A stretch of 32,596 nt of DNA from Methanocellales archaeon (GTDB taxonomy: Archaea; Halobacteriota; JAWCLZ01). The notes beneath the pieces are model-generated. The model was given only the letters and a program-made list of their open reading frames with translations, searched no databases and was not told the DNA's origin. Location: the NCBI GenBank assembly GCA_037443105.1, contig JBBIOZ010000001.1:25439-58034 (forward strand), written 5' to 3'. The position numbers and the translations under genes are program-made. Positions 1-9,231 of the stretch are shown here, in pieces. How positions within the stretch are numbered: the stretch's first letter is position 1; each line of letters starts with the position of its first letter.

Positions 1-2
1 CT

Positions 3-353
3 TGGAGTAATAAATGGATAGCCAATGCGAGGGATATGTATAGTGCTTTCAATGAGGTGTTTTTAAAACTGACATATGATACCAGCCACGCGGATGTTGA
101 AAGCAGTTTGGATGAAGTTAATCTATGTTTAAGTAAAATTGAAGTAGTGCATTTAAGCGATCAAATAAAAGGCGATGAGCATTTGCCAATAGGCACTGGT
201 AGATATCCTGTGTTTGAGTTGCTTTCACTTTTAAGGGCAAGGCAATACAGTGGATGCATAGTGTTGGAATATATGCCTTGCTATGAGAAGCTGTTGAGAG
301 AAGATGTTAAAAGAGTTGAGGCTTTTCTTAATGAAGGGCAGATGCTTTTATAA
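3..353 (+). CDS. Xylose isomerase-like TIM-barrel protein (sugar phosphate isomerase/epimerase family), C-terminal part; the 5' end lies outside the window
   Basis: The frame is open from the window edge, with no stop between nt 3 and the listed ATG at 36. Family-type C-terminal signature: DTSHAD, VVHLSD...HLPIGTG, IVLEY. It resembles the full-length paralog at 22517-23338. Confidence 0.6.
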   Translation, partial: WSNKWIANARDMYSAFNEVFLKLTYDTSHADVESSLDEVNLCLSKIEVVHLSDQIKGDEHLPIGTGRYPVFELLSLLRARQYSGCIVLEYMPCYEKLLREDVKRVEAFLNEGQMLL

Positions 354-416
354 GCAATTGAACAATTAACCATCAAGAAAATGTAGATGCGAGAGAACTT
401 AGATTCAAAATTGCTA

Positions 417-1262
417 CTATAATCTTTCAATTGCTTCCTCCAGCTTCTTGGCAAATTTTGCATCTGAAGCTGCCTTTAGTCTTTTAATAGTGGTATCATA
501 GGCATCTGTTTGCTCTTCCTCCAGCGTTGCTGGGTAATTCGCAGCTGGGTCGATTTCATTTAATCTCTCTATTAAAATTTCTCTTTCCTCACCTGACATG
601 ATCCTTGGATCTGTCATTGCAGCTGCCCTTGCATAAATTCCCTCATCTAATAGATATTTAAGTGCTTTAAAGGGAAGTTCATAGTATTTGCCAGCGGCAC
701 CGGTTCTTTGAGTAAAGCCCTCTGGTGTAGCTGCTTTGAAGGAAACTCTAACGTAAATGAATTTAGAGAACTTTGATAATTTCTTCACATACGCTCTATC
801 CACGCCTAGCAGTATGCCATTTGTTTCTAAATAAAAGGGATAGCCTGATTTCTCCACATATTCAAGTAAAGCAAGCAAATGTGCTTTTCCAATTGTAGGC
901 TCACAGCCTGAGAGACGCAGTTTATTTATCTTAAGGTGTTTGAATCTCTCCCAGCCTGGCGAAGTTATGCCCTCTCTAGCTGCTTTAAATAATCTTTCAG
1001 CAGCTTCTCTAGGAGAGTAGAAAAACCCGAATTTCTCAGGATAATCCCTAGACCAGTCTGTCCAGCAGTAAATGCAGCGCAAGCAGCAGCCTACAGCATA
1101 GCCTGTGGCAATTCCTCTATATACAGGCGCTGAATAAATACCAATGTATTTCCTCTCCAGCCCATTTCCTTCCCTAGTCACAAGTTTCTCAGTTTCCCTA
1201 GCCAATTCAAGTGGATCAAATGGTTTAAATTCAGGGGTTAGAAAACGTTGATAGATATTCAT
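417..1262 (-). CDS. Radical SAM protein of unknown specific function
   Basis: CX3CX2C cluster motif in GCCLRCIYCW, followed by LSGCEPT (GGEP-like SAM motif) and ETNG. The start ATG overlaps the alaX stop (ATGA), implying co-translation with alaX. Confidence 0.8.
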   Translation of the reverse strand: MNIYQRFLTPEFKPFDPLELARETEKLVTREGNGLERKYIGIYSAPVYRGIATGYAVGCCLRCIYCWTDWSRDYPEKFGFFYSPREAAERLFKAAREGITSPGWERFKHLKINKLRLSGCEPTIGKAHLLALLEYVEKSGYPFYLETNGILLGVDRAYVKKLSKFSKFIYVRVSFKAATPEGFTQRTGAAGKYYELPFKALKYLLDEGIYARAAAMTDPRIMSGEEREILIERLNEIDPAANYPATLEEEQTDAYDTTIKRLKAASDAKFAKKLEEAIERL

Positions 1263-1993
1263 ATGAGCGCTAGGTAAACTCTTCTATTGTTCTTCCCTTT
1301 ATTTTCAGCTTTCAGCAATTTTAACTGTCCAACCTCCCTTAGATTTTTAACGTGCGTTCCACCATCAGCTTGAATATCAATGCCAGGTATTTCAACAATG
1401 CGCAAGCTAGGTAGATTCGGTGGAAAAGCACCAGCCATCTTTATCACACCTGGGATTTTAAGGGCTTCTTCCCTAGGAAGCTCATACCATTTCAAATCAA
1501 TGTCTTTTTTAAATGCTTCATTTGCTTTCTCGATGTACTCCTCAATTATTTCTCTATCGAATTTTTCTAAATTAAAATCGAAGCGAATCTTATCTTCTTC
1601 AAGTTGATTGCCAGTGATAAGTGCGCCTGTGCCTGTGCATAGAAGCGAGCCAAACACATGGGCAGCTGTATGGCTTCGCATTAGTTTATATCTACGTTCC
1701 CAGTTAAGCACGCATCTAACTCTATCGCCTTCTTTTAAACCAGCTTGATCAACCTCGTGAACTATTGCGCCGGAGTAATTCACCACAGCAACAACGTTAA
1801 AAATTTTATTTCCCACCATCATCTTCCCTGTATCCCAAGGCTGACCCCCTCCCTTAGGATAGAAGATGGTTTGATCTAAAACCACATATTTCCCATTTTT
1901 AGTTGAGAGAACTTCGCTATCACATTCCTTCAAGTAGCTATCCATTAAAAATAATGCTCGAGTCATAATACTATTTATGGTGAAATTAATCAA
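1259..1993 (-). CDS. alaX: Alanyl-tRNA editing protein AlaX (AlaRS editing-domain homolog)
   Basis: HTAAHV (HxxxH zinc motif) and ADGGTHV motif; size and N-terminal LxDSYLKE typical of AlaX-M. The start is uncertain: alternative Met codons at 1966 and 1945. Confidence 0.8.
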   Translation of the reverse strand: MINFTINSIMTRALFLMDSYLKECDSEVLSTKNGKYVVLDQTIFYPKGGGQPWDTGKMMVGNKIFNVVAVVNYSGAIVHEVDQAGLKEGDRVRCVLNWERRYKLMRSHTAAHVFGSLLCTGTGALITGNQLEEDKIRFDFNLEKFDREIIEEYIEKANEAFKKDIDLKWYELPREEALKIPGVIKMAGAFPPNLPSLRIVEIPGIDIQADGGTHVKNLREVGQLKLLKAENKGKNNRRVYLALI

Positions 1994-2699
1994 AAATCTT
2001 TGCCCCTATGCAGAATCTCTCGAATTTCTCGTGCTCAAGCAGCTGCTTAGAGGTGCCTTGGAAAACAACTCTGCCGTTGATGAGCATGTATGCATTATCG
2101 CTTATCTCCAGTGCTTTTTTTACATTCTGCTCAACTATTAAAATTGTAAGTCCAAATTTCTTCAATTCCAAGATTTTATTAAAAATGGTGCTTGCCAACT
2201 TAGGCGATAGCATTGCACTGGGTTCATCAAGCATGAGCAAATCCGCCCTTCTTATCAGCGCACTTGCTAAAGCGAGGAACTGTCTCTCGCCACCGCTCAG
2301 CGTGCCTGCATTCTGCTTTAACCTATCCTTAAGGTCTGGGAAGAGCTCAAGCGCTAGGTTTCTGCGCTTTATATATTCTCCATCTTCTAAGAGATAGCCA
2401 GCCATTTTCAAGTTCTCTTCAACAGTTAGATCGATGAAGATGTTATCCACCTGAGGGAGATAAGCTATTCCCATTCTAGTTTTCTCGTGAGGTTGAAGAT
2501 GGGTTATATCTCTTCCGCGGTAGAGGACTCGTCCTGAATGAATGGTGGCTGAGCCAAAGATGGCTTTCAAAAAAGTGCTTTTTCCACTGCCATTTGGACC
2601 TGCAATTACAGTTATTTTTCCACTCTCCAAAGCAGCGTTTACATCGAATAGGATGCGCAGTTCTCCATAACCCGCGGATAGATTTTCAACTTTAAGCAC
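1986..2699 (-). CDS. livF: Branched-chain amino acid ABC transporter ATP-binding protein LivF-like
   Basis: Walker [10 protein letters not shown], signature LSGGERQ, Walker B LLMLDEPS. It follows livG with an 8-nt overlap. Confidence 0.85.
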   Translation of the reverse strand: MLKVENLSAGYGELRILFDVNAALESGKITVIAGPNGSGKSTFLKAIFGSATIHSGRVLYRGRDITHLQPHEKTRMGIAYLPQVDNIFIDLTVEENLKMAGYLLEDGEYIKRRNLALELFPDLKDRLKQNAGTLSGGERQFLALASALIRRADLLMLDEPSAMLSPKLASTIFNKILELKKFGLTILIVEQNVKKALEISDNAYMLINGRVVFQGTSKQLLEHEKFERFCIGAKIFD

Positions 2700-3459
2700 C
2701 TAGATACACCTCTATGACCTCTGGATTTTCAATTACCTCTGCACCTTTGCCTTCAGCTACAATTCTACCATTTGCCATCACATAAACTTGATCCGCATAC
2801 TCCAAGGCAACATCCAAGCGATGTTCTACAATTAACAGCGAGATTCCTTTGCCCGCTAATTCTTTGAGTTTTTTAAACAATAAGTGGGATAAATCAAGCG
2901 CTACACCTGCTATAGGCTCATCCATGATTATTAACTTAGCTTCGCACATCAATGCTCTGCCTATCTCAAGCAATCTAAGCTGCCCACCGCTTAGATTCTG
3001 AGCTTTTTCACGCCAGAGTTGCTTCATTCCTAAAAATTCTAAGATTGAGAGAGCTTTAGTTACAAGCTCTTCCTCTTTCTTAAGCCATTTCCTTGAGAAG
3101 CTTTGCAGTATATCCTCTCCATAGCTGCCCTCAGCTATTAAAAGATTCTCAAGCACGGTTAATTTCTTAAGAGGCTGAGAGGTTTGAAAGGTTCTCACTA
3201 TTCCCAGCTTAAAAATCTCGTGAGGGGGGAGATTTGTTATATCCCTCCCCTCAAATAACACTTTACCTTCATCTGCACTTAGGAAGCCTGTGACCACGTT
3301 TATAAATGTTGTCTTACCACTTCCATTGGGTCCAATTATCAAGGTAATACCGTTGTCTGCATCGATGCTAACACTGTCAAGCGCTTTGAATTCGCCGAAG
3401 CGCTTTGTGAGATTTCGAGTAGCTAGCTCCACTCTATTCTGTTTGTCGCAAACTTCCAT
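2692..3459 (-). CDS. livG: Branched-chain amino acid ABC transporter ATP-binding protein LivG-like
   Basis: Walker [10 protein letters not shown], signature LSGGQLR, Walker B LIIMDEP. The start is uncertain: ATG at 3477 or 3459, or GTG at 3432, which would reduce the overlap with the upstream binding-protein gene to 10 nt. Confidence 0.85.
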   Translation of the reverse strand: MEVCDKQNRVELATRNLTKRFGEFKALDSVSIDADNGITLIIGPNGSGKTTFINVVTGFLSADEGKVLFEGRDITNLPPHEIFKLGIVRTFQTSQPLKKLTVLENLLIAEGSYGEDILQSFSRKWLKKEEELVTKALSILEFLGMKQLWREKAQNLSGGQLRLLEIGRALMCEAKLIIMDEPIAGVALDLSHLLFKKLKELAGKGISLLIVEHRLDVALEYADQVYVMANGRIVAEGKGAEVIENPEVIEVYLGA

Positions 3460-4700
3460 ACTCCAACTTCTTTCCAATTGCTCTCATAGACTGCATAAAT
3501 TCTATACTCTGAGCCAATTCTATCATTGTATTCATTGAGCTTTACCTCGCCGCTCACCGGGGTGATGTTGCCATACATACCTGCGCTGTAATTCACCGCT
3601 ACCCTTGGCACTGCTTCAGCCATAGCATCTTCATCGTATTTACCCAGAGTGCCATGCACCTGTGCATAGGATAAAGCTAATACCCAAGCAGCGTCATAAG
3701 CATTTAAGCCATAGCTCTTAGGCGTGGTATTTTTACGCTGATAGTATGTGCTATTCAACTCATCGAAGGTTTTCCCCCCTCGGGTTTCTGAGACTGTGCT
3801 ATAGAGCTTGACCTTGCTTGCCTTTTGACCTACATCGGTGATAACTTTGCCACTTTTAGCTGTGCCATCGCATCCAATCCAAGTAATATTGAGCAATATA
3901 GAGTTCTCTCTTATCTGAGCAAGCATCGTGGCCACTTCTTCATAGCTGAATGCAACCACTGCAGCTTCTGCAGCAGTGTAGTTCTTCAAAAGTTCATTTA
4001 CCGCTCCCTCAAGTGTAGCTGTATATGGTGTGAAGTCAACTGGAGGTGGATCTGGATACTCCACTGAGTTTTTAACCAAGATTCCAAGCTTCTCAAACTC
4101 TGCTCTGCCGAATTCCTCAAGACCTTTGCCCCAAGCATTGCCTATGTAGGTTATAACCACTGCTTTCACGCCTAGGTCTTGAGCAAGCTTTGCTATTGCT
4201 TTAGTTTGGAATGAATCTGTGGCTACAAATCTAAAGACATATTTCTTTTCCTCAGGCTTGGTCACACCTATGTACTTGGTCTCCGCGGTTGAAGATGGCG
4301 AGGCTACAACTATTTTATTTGACCTTACATATTCAATGATATTCTTAAGCTCTCCACTTCCCATAGGACCAACGATTACTTTAACGCCTTTGCTATGCAA
4401 TGCCATAACTTTGTCCAAGCTTATCTTGGGATCGACCTTGGTGTCTTCGACATAGAGCTTGACTCTATAGGGCTTTCCCTCTTTCTCAAAGTATTTATTT
4501 ATATTTTCACTGGCAATTGTAACCGTGGTTTTAATATCATCACCATATGTGGTTAGAGGTCCTGAGAGATCCACTAATACGCCAATTGGAATTTCCACTT
4601 CCTTGGGCTTCTCAGGGATTTGAGCGCATCCAGCGAGAAGTGCAGTTAGTGCAAGCACTAGAAGCAACTTTATCTTCATTTTAAACCCCTTTTTTTCCAA
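3423..4700 (-). CDS. livK: ABC transporter substrate-binding lipoprotein, LivJ/K-like (branched-chain amino acid type)
   Basis: N-terminal signal with lipobox LLAGC; periplasmic-binding-protein-like length and composition. It is the first gene of the livK-livG-livF run and is divergent from the permease genes. Confidence 0.75.
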   Translation of the reverse strand: MEKKGFKMKIKLLLVLALTALLAGCAQIPEKPKEVEIPIGVLVDLSGPLTTYGDDIKTTVTIASENINKYFEKEGKPYRVKLYVEDTKVDPKISLDKVMALHSKGVKVIVGPMGSGELKNIIEYVRSNKIVVASPSSTAETKYIGVTKPEEKKYVFRFVATDSFQTKAIAKLAQDLGVKAVVITYIGNAWGKGLEEFGRAEFEKLGILVKNSVEYPDPPPVDFTPYTATLEGAVNELLKNYTAAEAAVVAFSYEEVATMLAQIRENSILLNITWIGCDGTAKSGKVITDVGQKASKVKLYSTVSETRGGKTFDELNSTYYQRKNTTPKSYGLNAYDAAWVLALSYAQVHGTLGKYDEDAMAEAVPRVAVNYSAGMYGNITPVSGEVKLNEYNDRIGSEYRIYAVYESNWKEVGVWKFATNRIEWS

Positions 4701-4748
4701 ATAGCATACATAAATATAAGGCTTTGAATATATACTTTGTCTGGAGGT

Positions 4749-5669
4749 ATGATGGCTGTTTTAGAAGGAGCGGTTGTTTATGCTAATCTATTGGTTCTTC
4801 TCAGCATTGGCTTAACAATCACCTATATCACTACAGCTGTTCCCAATTTTGCGCAAGGAAGCATGGCGATAGCTGGCTCCTATCTCTCTCTCACGCTATG
4901 GCTTTTACTAGGCATGCACCCCTATTACTCTCTCCTACTTTCATTCATCTTAGGGGGTGCAATTGGAGTGGGGGTTTATTTTTTCATCCTTAAGCCTATG
5001 ATTAAAAAGGGAGTAAGAGTTGTTACACTTATGATCGCTACCCTTGCCCTAGATTTAATATTCCTCGGAATCCTTGGAGCATACTCTGAAACTCTCAGCA
5101 GCTTAACTGGAAGAACGACGAAAAAATTCATTTTTACACCCCTTGACTTTGAATTACTTGGAGTGGATGCAATACTCTGGATTTCAAGCATTGCAATCTT
5201 TCTACTGCTTCTAACTTTATTCACGCTGCTCTATAAAACCAAATTTGGTATAGCTTTGCGCGCCTCTATGGAGAACCCTGCATTAGCTGAGATAATGGGC
5301 GTGGATGTAGAGCACACCCGCTTATTTTCTTGGTTTCTCTCCGGCTCTTTAGCTGCAGCTGCAGGGAGCATGCTGCCTTTTCGCCAAGAAATAGTTCCTG
5401 GAACTGGAGCCTTGGTAATTGTATCCATATTTGCAGCAAGCATAGTGGGAGGCTTGAAAAGTATAAATGGCGCTCTAGCTGGAGGCTATATCATTGGAAT
5501 TTCAGAGTCGCTCATAACCTTCTATCTCTCAAACCTCTTAGGACCTGGCGTGCTTGTATATAGTAAAGTAGTTTCACTGGGAGTATTAGTTGCAGCTTTG
5601 ATATTTGCACCAACTGGAATTGCAGGAATCAGGAGGAATTTAAAGTGGCGCAGGAGTACTTCATATTGA
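4749..5669 (+). CDS. livH: Branched-chain amino acid ABC transporter permease LivH-like
   Basis: Polytopic membrane protein with LivH-type length. GGAGGT at 4742-4747 sits just upstream of ATG 4749/4752; the track start at 4737 is a TTG inside that spacer. Confidence 0.8.
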   Translation: MMAVLEGAVVYANLLVLLSIGLTITYITTAVPNFAQGSMAIAGSYLSLTLWLLLGMHPYYSLLLSFILGGAIGVGVYFFILKPMIKKGVRVVTLMIATLALDLIFLGILGAYSETLSSLTGRTTKKFIFTPLDFELLGVDAILWISSIAIFLLLLTLFTLLYKTKFGIALRASMENPALAEIMGVDVEHTRLFSWFLSGSLAAAAGSMLPFRQEIVPGTGALVIVSIFAASIVGGLKSINGALAGGYIIGISESLITFYLSNLLGPGVLVYSKVVSLGVLVAALIFAPTGIAGIRRNLKWRRSTSY

Positions 5670-6682
5670 ATATTATAATTGGCTTTGCGATTTACTTGAT
5701 AGTTGCACTTAGCTTGAACATCGAATATGGCTACGCTGGAATTCCCAACTTCGGGCGAGCAATGGCAGTGCTCATCGGAGCCATAGCAGTTGGAGGTATA
5801 ATGAATCGCATTTTAATGCTACTCCTAGATATAAGTGGCGAGATAATAGAGGCAAGTGGAATGGTGAAGAGTGCAGTAAATCCAATGTTCTCTCAAAATC
5901 CATATTTGAGTTTAGTTTATTTGATAGCCTCGCTAACGATTGCCTTCACAGTAGGAGCTCTCGCAGGCGCTATCTTTATATTGCCAAGCGCAAAGTTGAA
6001 ACATGAATATTTAGCAATAACTCTACTTGCAATAAGCGAGGTTCTCTATCTAGTTTCAAATTACAACCCCTCCATTGTAGGCGGCTATTATGGCGTTACC
6101 ATACCTGATGTCTTAGCTTGGGTACCAGGCGAGCAGCGTTTATTTGCCTTCGCAATCTTGAGCTTAAGCTTAGCATTGATGGTTTTTCTTTCAGTGGAGA
6201 GGCTCCTAGCTTCTCCCTATGGAAGGCTTTTAAAGGCTATGAGAGAGAATGAAGATGTGGTTAGAGCATTTGGAAAGGACATCTTTAGGCTTAGAGTAAA
6301 AACCGTGGCATTGGGATCAGGCATAGCTGCTCTAGCTGGTGCTCTCTATTCCTTTTATAGTGTGAATGTAATCGCTTCAGTTTATTTTCGAGTCGAATGG
6401 ACTTTTTTCCCAATCCTCATGCTTCTATTAGGCGGTATGGGAAATAATAGAGGCGTTGCAATCGGTGTATTTTGCTTCATCCTTACAAAGGTTTTCCTAG
6501 CGGTTTATAAATTTGAAATAAGAAGTATTCTACATCTACCATTTGAAGCCACTTGGTTGGAGTACATCTTCTTCGGAATTCTTATGCTGCTTATCCTCTA
6601 CTATAAACCTGAGGGATTAGTCGAGGAGAGACCAGTTATGACTCCTCCGCTGAAGCGCGCTGGGAGTTTTAAAAAGCTTTAA
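5645..6682 (+). CDS. livM: Branched-chain amino acid ABC transporter permease LivM-like
   Basis: Polytopic membrane protein directly after livH. GTG start at 5645 (25-nt overlap), or TTG at 5666 (TTGA overlap with the livH stop). Confidence 0.8.
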   Translation: MAQEYFILNIIIGFAIYLIVALSLNIEYGYAGIPNFGRAMAVLIGAIAVGGIMNRILMLLLDISGEIIEASGMVKSAVNPMFSQNPYLSLVYLIASLTIAFTVGALAGAIFILPSAKLKHEYLAITLLAISEVLYLVSNYNPSIVGGYYGVTIPDVLAWVPGEQRLFAFAILSLSLALMVFLSVERLLASPYGRLLKAMRENEDVVRAFGKDIFRLRVKTVALGSGIAALAGALYSFYSVNVIASVYFRVEWTFFPILMLLLGGMGNNRGVAIGVFCFILTKVFLAVYKFEIRSILHLPFEATWLEYIFFGILMLLILYYKPEGLVEERPVMTPPLKRAGSFKKL

Positions 6683-6684
6683 TA

Positions 6685-6710
6685 ATTAATTTTAATATTT
6701 TAAAATTAAT
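6685..6710. terminator. All-A/T perfect hairpin (11-bp stem, 4-nt loop) in the convergent livM / fen spacer; possible bidirectional termination signal
   Basis: 6685-6695 (attaattttaa) is the exact reverse complement of 6700-6710 (ttaaaattaat). It is embedded in T-rich runs on both strands. Confidence 0.3.
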
Positions 6711-6735
6711 ATTTATTTAATTTTTAATAAAGTAT

Positions 6736-7746
6736 TTACCACTGGTCAAGTGTTCTCTGTTTAGATGTTTCTTTTATCAAGCTCAATCTCTCTAGCACTT
6801 TATCGATTCTTTCCTCGGAGAAGCTATGTTCTTTGCAGAGGAAGTGTTTTATTTTCCCGCTATCTGGAGGGCTAAATTTTATTTCATAATCAGAGGTAAC
6901 CTCGGGATTTAGGAAAAATTCCTTTATTTCCCTCCAACTCGCTATACTTTGATTTAATTCTTGGAATACTCCTTCGATTGAGCCATGCTTTTTGATCAGC
7001 TTCAAGGCTTTTTTCGGCCCTATTCCCTTTATCCCTTGATTGTAGTCTGTGCCAATTAAAATTCCAATTTCTATAAGCTGCTCCCTTGTGATTTCAAGCT
7101 GCTTTAAAACTTCCCGCAGCTCTATCCTCTCAGGCTTAACATCGATATATATATTCTTAGATGGTAGCTTCCGCTTCCCAGTTACAGTTAAATTTCTCAC
7201 TAGCTTAGGGGATCCGAATAGCAATGAATCATAGTCTTGAGAAGCAGTGAAATCTGCATCGCCATTAAGCACAAGGAAAGCAGCTTGCGCCTCGCCCTCA
7301 GATGGTGCTTGAACGATAGGTATGCCCATGTATTTAAGCAGCTTCTTTGCTTCGCCTATCATTTCTTGTGTTAATCTTGAGGCTGCTTGAGCATATTTAA
7401 AGCCCTCAATGCCATAGGCCCTAGCTTCCATCCAAGCTGCTTCAGCTTTCTGTCTAATTAAACTGCGCTCCTCAAGAGTGGTCAGCTTAAACTCAGGTGG
7501 TTTGCCGTCGAAAACGAAAATAGGCTTTATTCCCATTTCCATTAAATTAGTGGTGCGGTAAATCAAGCCTGAGAGATGAGAGGTGATTCTGCCCTGCGAA
7601 TCCATAAGAGGTGTACCATCTGGCTGCCGAATGATGCTTAAAAATTGATAAAGTGCATTATGAGCATCGATTGCGAGTATGCAATTCGCCAGTTCACTAA
7701 GCTCGATTTCCTCTCGCTCAATCAAGTCACCGAGGTCGACCCCCAT
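6736..7746 (-). CDS. fen: Flap endonuclease 1 (FEN1)
   Basis: N-terminal [36 protein letters not shown]3TH region GIGPKKA, and a C-terminal PIP-like QRTLDQW. Confidence 0.93.
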   Translation of the reverse strand: MGVDLGDLIEREEIELSELANCILAIDAHNALYQFLSIIRQPDGTPLMDSQGRITSHLSGLIYRTTNLMEMGIKPIFVFDGKPPEFKLTTLEERSLIRQKAEAAWMEARAYGIEGFKYAQAASRLTQEMIGEAKKLLKYMGIPIVQAPSEGEAQAAFLVLNGDADFTASQDYDSLLFGSPKLVRNLTVTGKRKLPSKNIYIDVKPERIELREVLKQLEITREQLIEIGILIGTDYNQGIKGIGPKKALKLIKKHGSIEGVFQELNQSIASWREIKEFFLNPEVTSDYEIKFSPPDSGKIKHFLCKEHSFSEERIDKVLERLSLIKETSKQRTLDQW

Positions 7747-7826
7747 GATTTATACCTCAGTATCTCCAGTTACAAATTTTTATCTATGAGAAAGCTTAAA
7801 TTCTAGGCTTATAATTTTTTACTTAT

Positions 7827-8012
7827 ATGGCTTATATTCAAAGCGGCGATGTTAAGGAAATTCGCTGCGATCGCTGCGGACTTGAAATGCGAGTTGAGTT
7901 TCAAGATGTACCTTGGTCAAAAAGCGTGGTGGATTTGATCTGCCCCTACTGTGGAGAGCAGCGACTTTCAGAGGCCAGCGAGGGCTCAATTGAATTCCAA
8001 TTTGGTGAGTAA
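7827..8012 (+). CDS. Small zinc-ribbon protein (61 aa)
   Basis: Two CxxC knuckles (CDRCG ... CPYCG) spaced 24 residues apart. The 3' 67 nt overlap the convergent ORF 7946-8671. Confidence 0.45.
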   Translation: MAYIQSGDVKEIRCDRCGLEMRVEFQDVPWSKSVVDLICPYCGEQRLSEASEGSIEFQFGE

Positions 8013-8671
8013 TCCCTGAAGCTAAGCAAGTGGTTCCACATATATCTTGGCTTCCAATCGCGCGTGGCTTGAAAATAGCTTTTTTCATAGAGAGAATTGA
8101 AGTCCACGATGTATATTTTACCATCGATTTTGGTCTCAGCCCAAGCATGTCTGCCTATGCTGCCATTTTTTTCCTTTTCCACATATCCTAGAATTGCTAT
8201 TGTATCATACCCCTTTGCAAGCAATATTGAAGCCATTGCAATTGCAGCATCCTCGCAATCTCCTGAGAGGAGTTTACCTTTATAAGCGTGAGCAAGATAG
8301 TAAGATGGCTTGATCCAGTAATCTTCAACTCCAAATTGCTCTTGATCTCGAACATAATTCAAACTTAAAGGAGATCCATCTTCATATTCTATGATGTAAA
8401 TGTTTTCATTTACTTTTTTCAATTTAGTATGATTAGCATACCACTGCACTACTTCATCGCAAGGAGTTATATATTGCGTGGGGTCAGCTGCGCTCCAAAT
8501 TTCAGTGGATTTATTGACCTTGTAATCATTAAGCATTGGCTTGAAGTCGAGGGAGATGTTGACCTCGGCTGCAACGCTGCTTTGAATATTTAAATTTGCT
8601 GAGTTATCTGAAGCAATCAATAGCGATAAAAGAAATAAAACGATGATGAACAGATTTAATTTACCAAACAT
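7946..8671 (-). CDS. Secreted or membrane-anchored transglutaminase-like cysteine peptidase-fold protein
   Basis: N-terminal hydrophobic signal/anchor (LFIIVLFLLSLLIA). Cys-His-Asp arrangement typical of the transglutaminase-like core: GDCEDAAIAM ... GRHAWAE ... IVDFN. Confidence 0.65.
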   Translation of the reverse strand: MFGKLNLFIIVLFLLSLLIASDNSANLNIQSSVAAEVNISLDFKPMLNDYKVNKSTEIWSAADPTQYITPCDEVVQWYANHTKLKKVNENIYIIEYEDGSPLSLNYVRDQEQFGVEDYWIKPSYYLAHAYKGKLLSGDCEDAAIAMASILLAKGYDTIAILGYVEKEKNGSIGRHAWAETKIDGKIYIVDFNSLYEKSYFQATRDWKPRYMWNHLLSFRDYSPNWNSIEPSLASESRCSPQ

Positions 8672-8853
8672 TCAATATATATTTTAAAATTATACCAATA
8701 AATAATTTATTCTTGTTATTTTTTTAATATAAATCTACTAAAAATTTAAAATCATCATAATAATCATTATAATGCATTTATAGCTAGATTTTTTCAAATT
8801 ATGACGTAAATAAAGATTAAATCAAAAAACTGGATTAAAATTAGTCCAATATG

Positions 8854-8870
8854 CGAAAGTTTTTTATAAA
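8854..8870 (+). promoter_or_regulatory. Candidate BRE/TATA box for the histone gene
   Basis: cgaaag + tttttataaa lies about 35-50 nt upstream of ATG 8904. An AGGTGA Shine-Dalgarno-like element is at 8891-8896. Confidence 0.4.
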
Positions 8871-8903
8871 CATCCCTTTAAACTTAAACAAGGTGAAAAA
8901 ATT

Positions 8904-9125
8904 ATGCCTAAAGAATTAGAATTGCCCAATGCACCCATGGCGAGGTTAATGAAAGCCGCTGGAGCTGAGCGAGTGAGCGATGAAGCTTGTGTAGCTCTTG
9001 CAGAGGTCTTGGAAAAATATGCCTTGAAAATCTCTCAAGAAGCAACTCTACTAGCAAAGCACGCTGGCAGAAAGACAATTAAAGCAGCGGATATTGCACT
9101 AGCGGTGCAGCGAATTAGTAGATAA
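8904..9125 (+). CDS. Archaeal histone (HMf family, histone fold)
   Basis: Near-canonical archaeal histone sequence: ELPNAPMARLMKAAGAERVSDEA ... AKHAGRKTIKAADIALAV. Confidence 0.92.
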   Translation: MPKELELPNAPMARLMKAAGAERVSDEACVALAEVLEKYALKISQEATLLAKHAGRKTIKAADIALAVQRISR

Positions 9126-9126
9126 A

Positions 9127-9199
9127 GGGCTCGTGGTCTAGAGGTTATGACATCGCCTTTACACGGCGAAGGCCACCGGTTCAAATCCGGTCGAGCCCA
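9127..9199 (+). tRNA. tRNA-Val: tRNA-Val (anticodon UAC)
   Basis: Manual cloverleaf. Acceptor GGGCTCG/CGAGCCC; anticodon stem TCGCC/GGCGA with loop TTTACAC (anticodon 9160-9162); T arm ACCGG-TTCAAAT-CCGGT; discriminator A. CCA is not encoded and there is no intron. Confidence 0.9.
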
Positions 9200-9231
9200 T
9201 TTAATTTGAAAGAAACTTATATAGAAAAAAG

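Noticed and set aside
7852-8148. 98-aa minus-strand ORF overlapping both the zinc-ribbon ORF and the transglutaminase-like gene end.
   Set aside because: It has no motifs and lies in an alternative frame of a region already covered by two better-supported ORFs.
8672-8903. A second replication origin in the 232-bp A/T-rich spacer upstream of the histone gene.
   Set aside because: It has no ORB-like GAAA-N3-4-GGGG boxes and no adjacent initiator gene. It is adequately explained as a divergent promoter region.
9127-9199. tRNA-Val as an integration hotspot flanked by a mobile or accessory island.
   Set aside because: There is no integrase, no direct repeat of the tRNA 3' end downstream, and the flanking genes (histone, coaBC) are core housekeeping genes.
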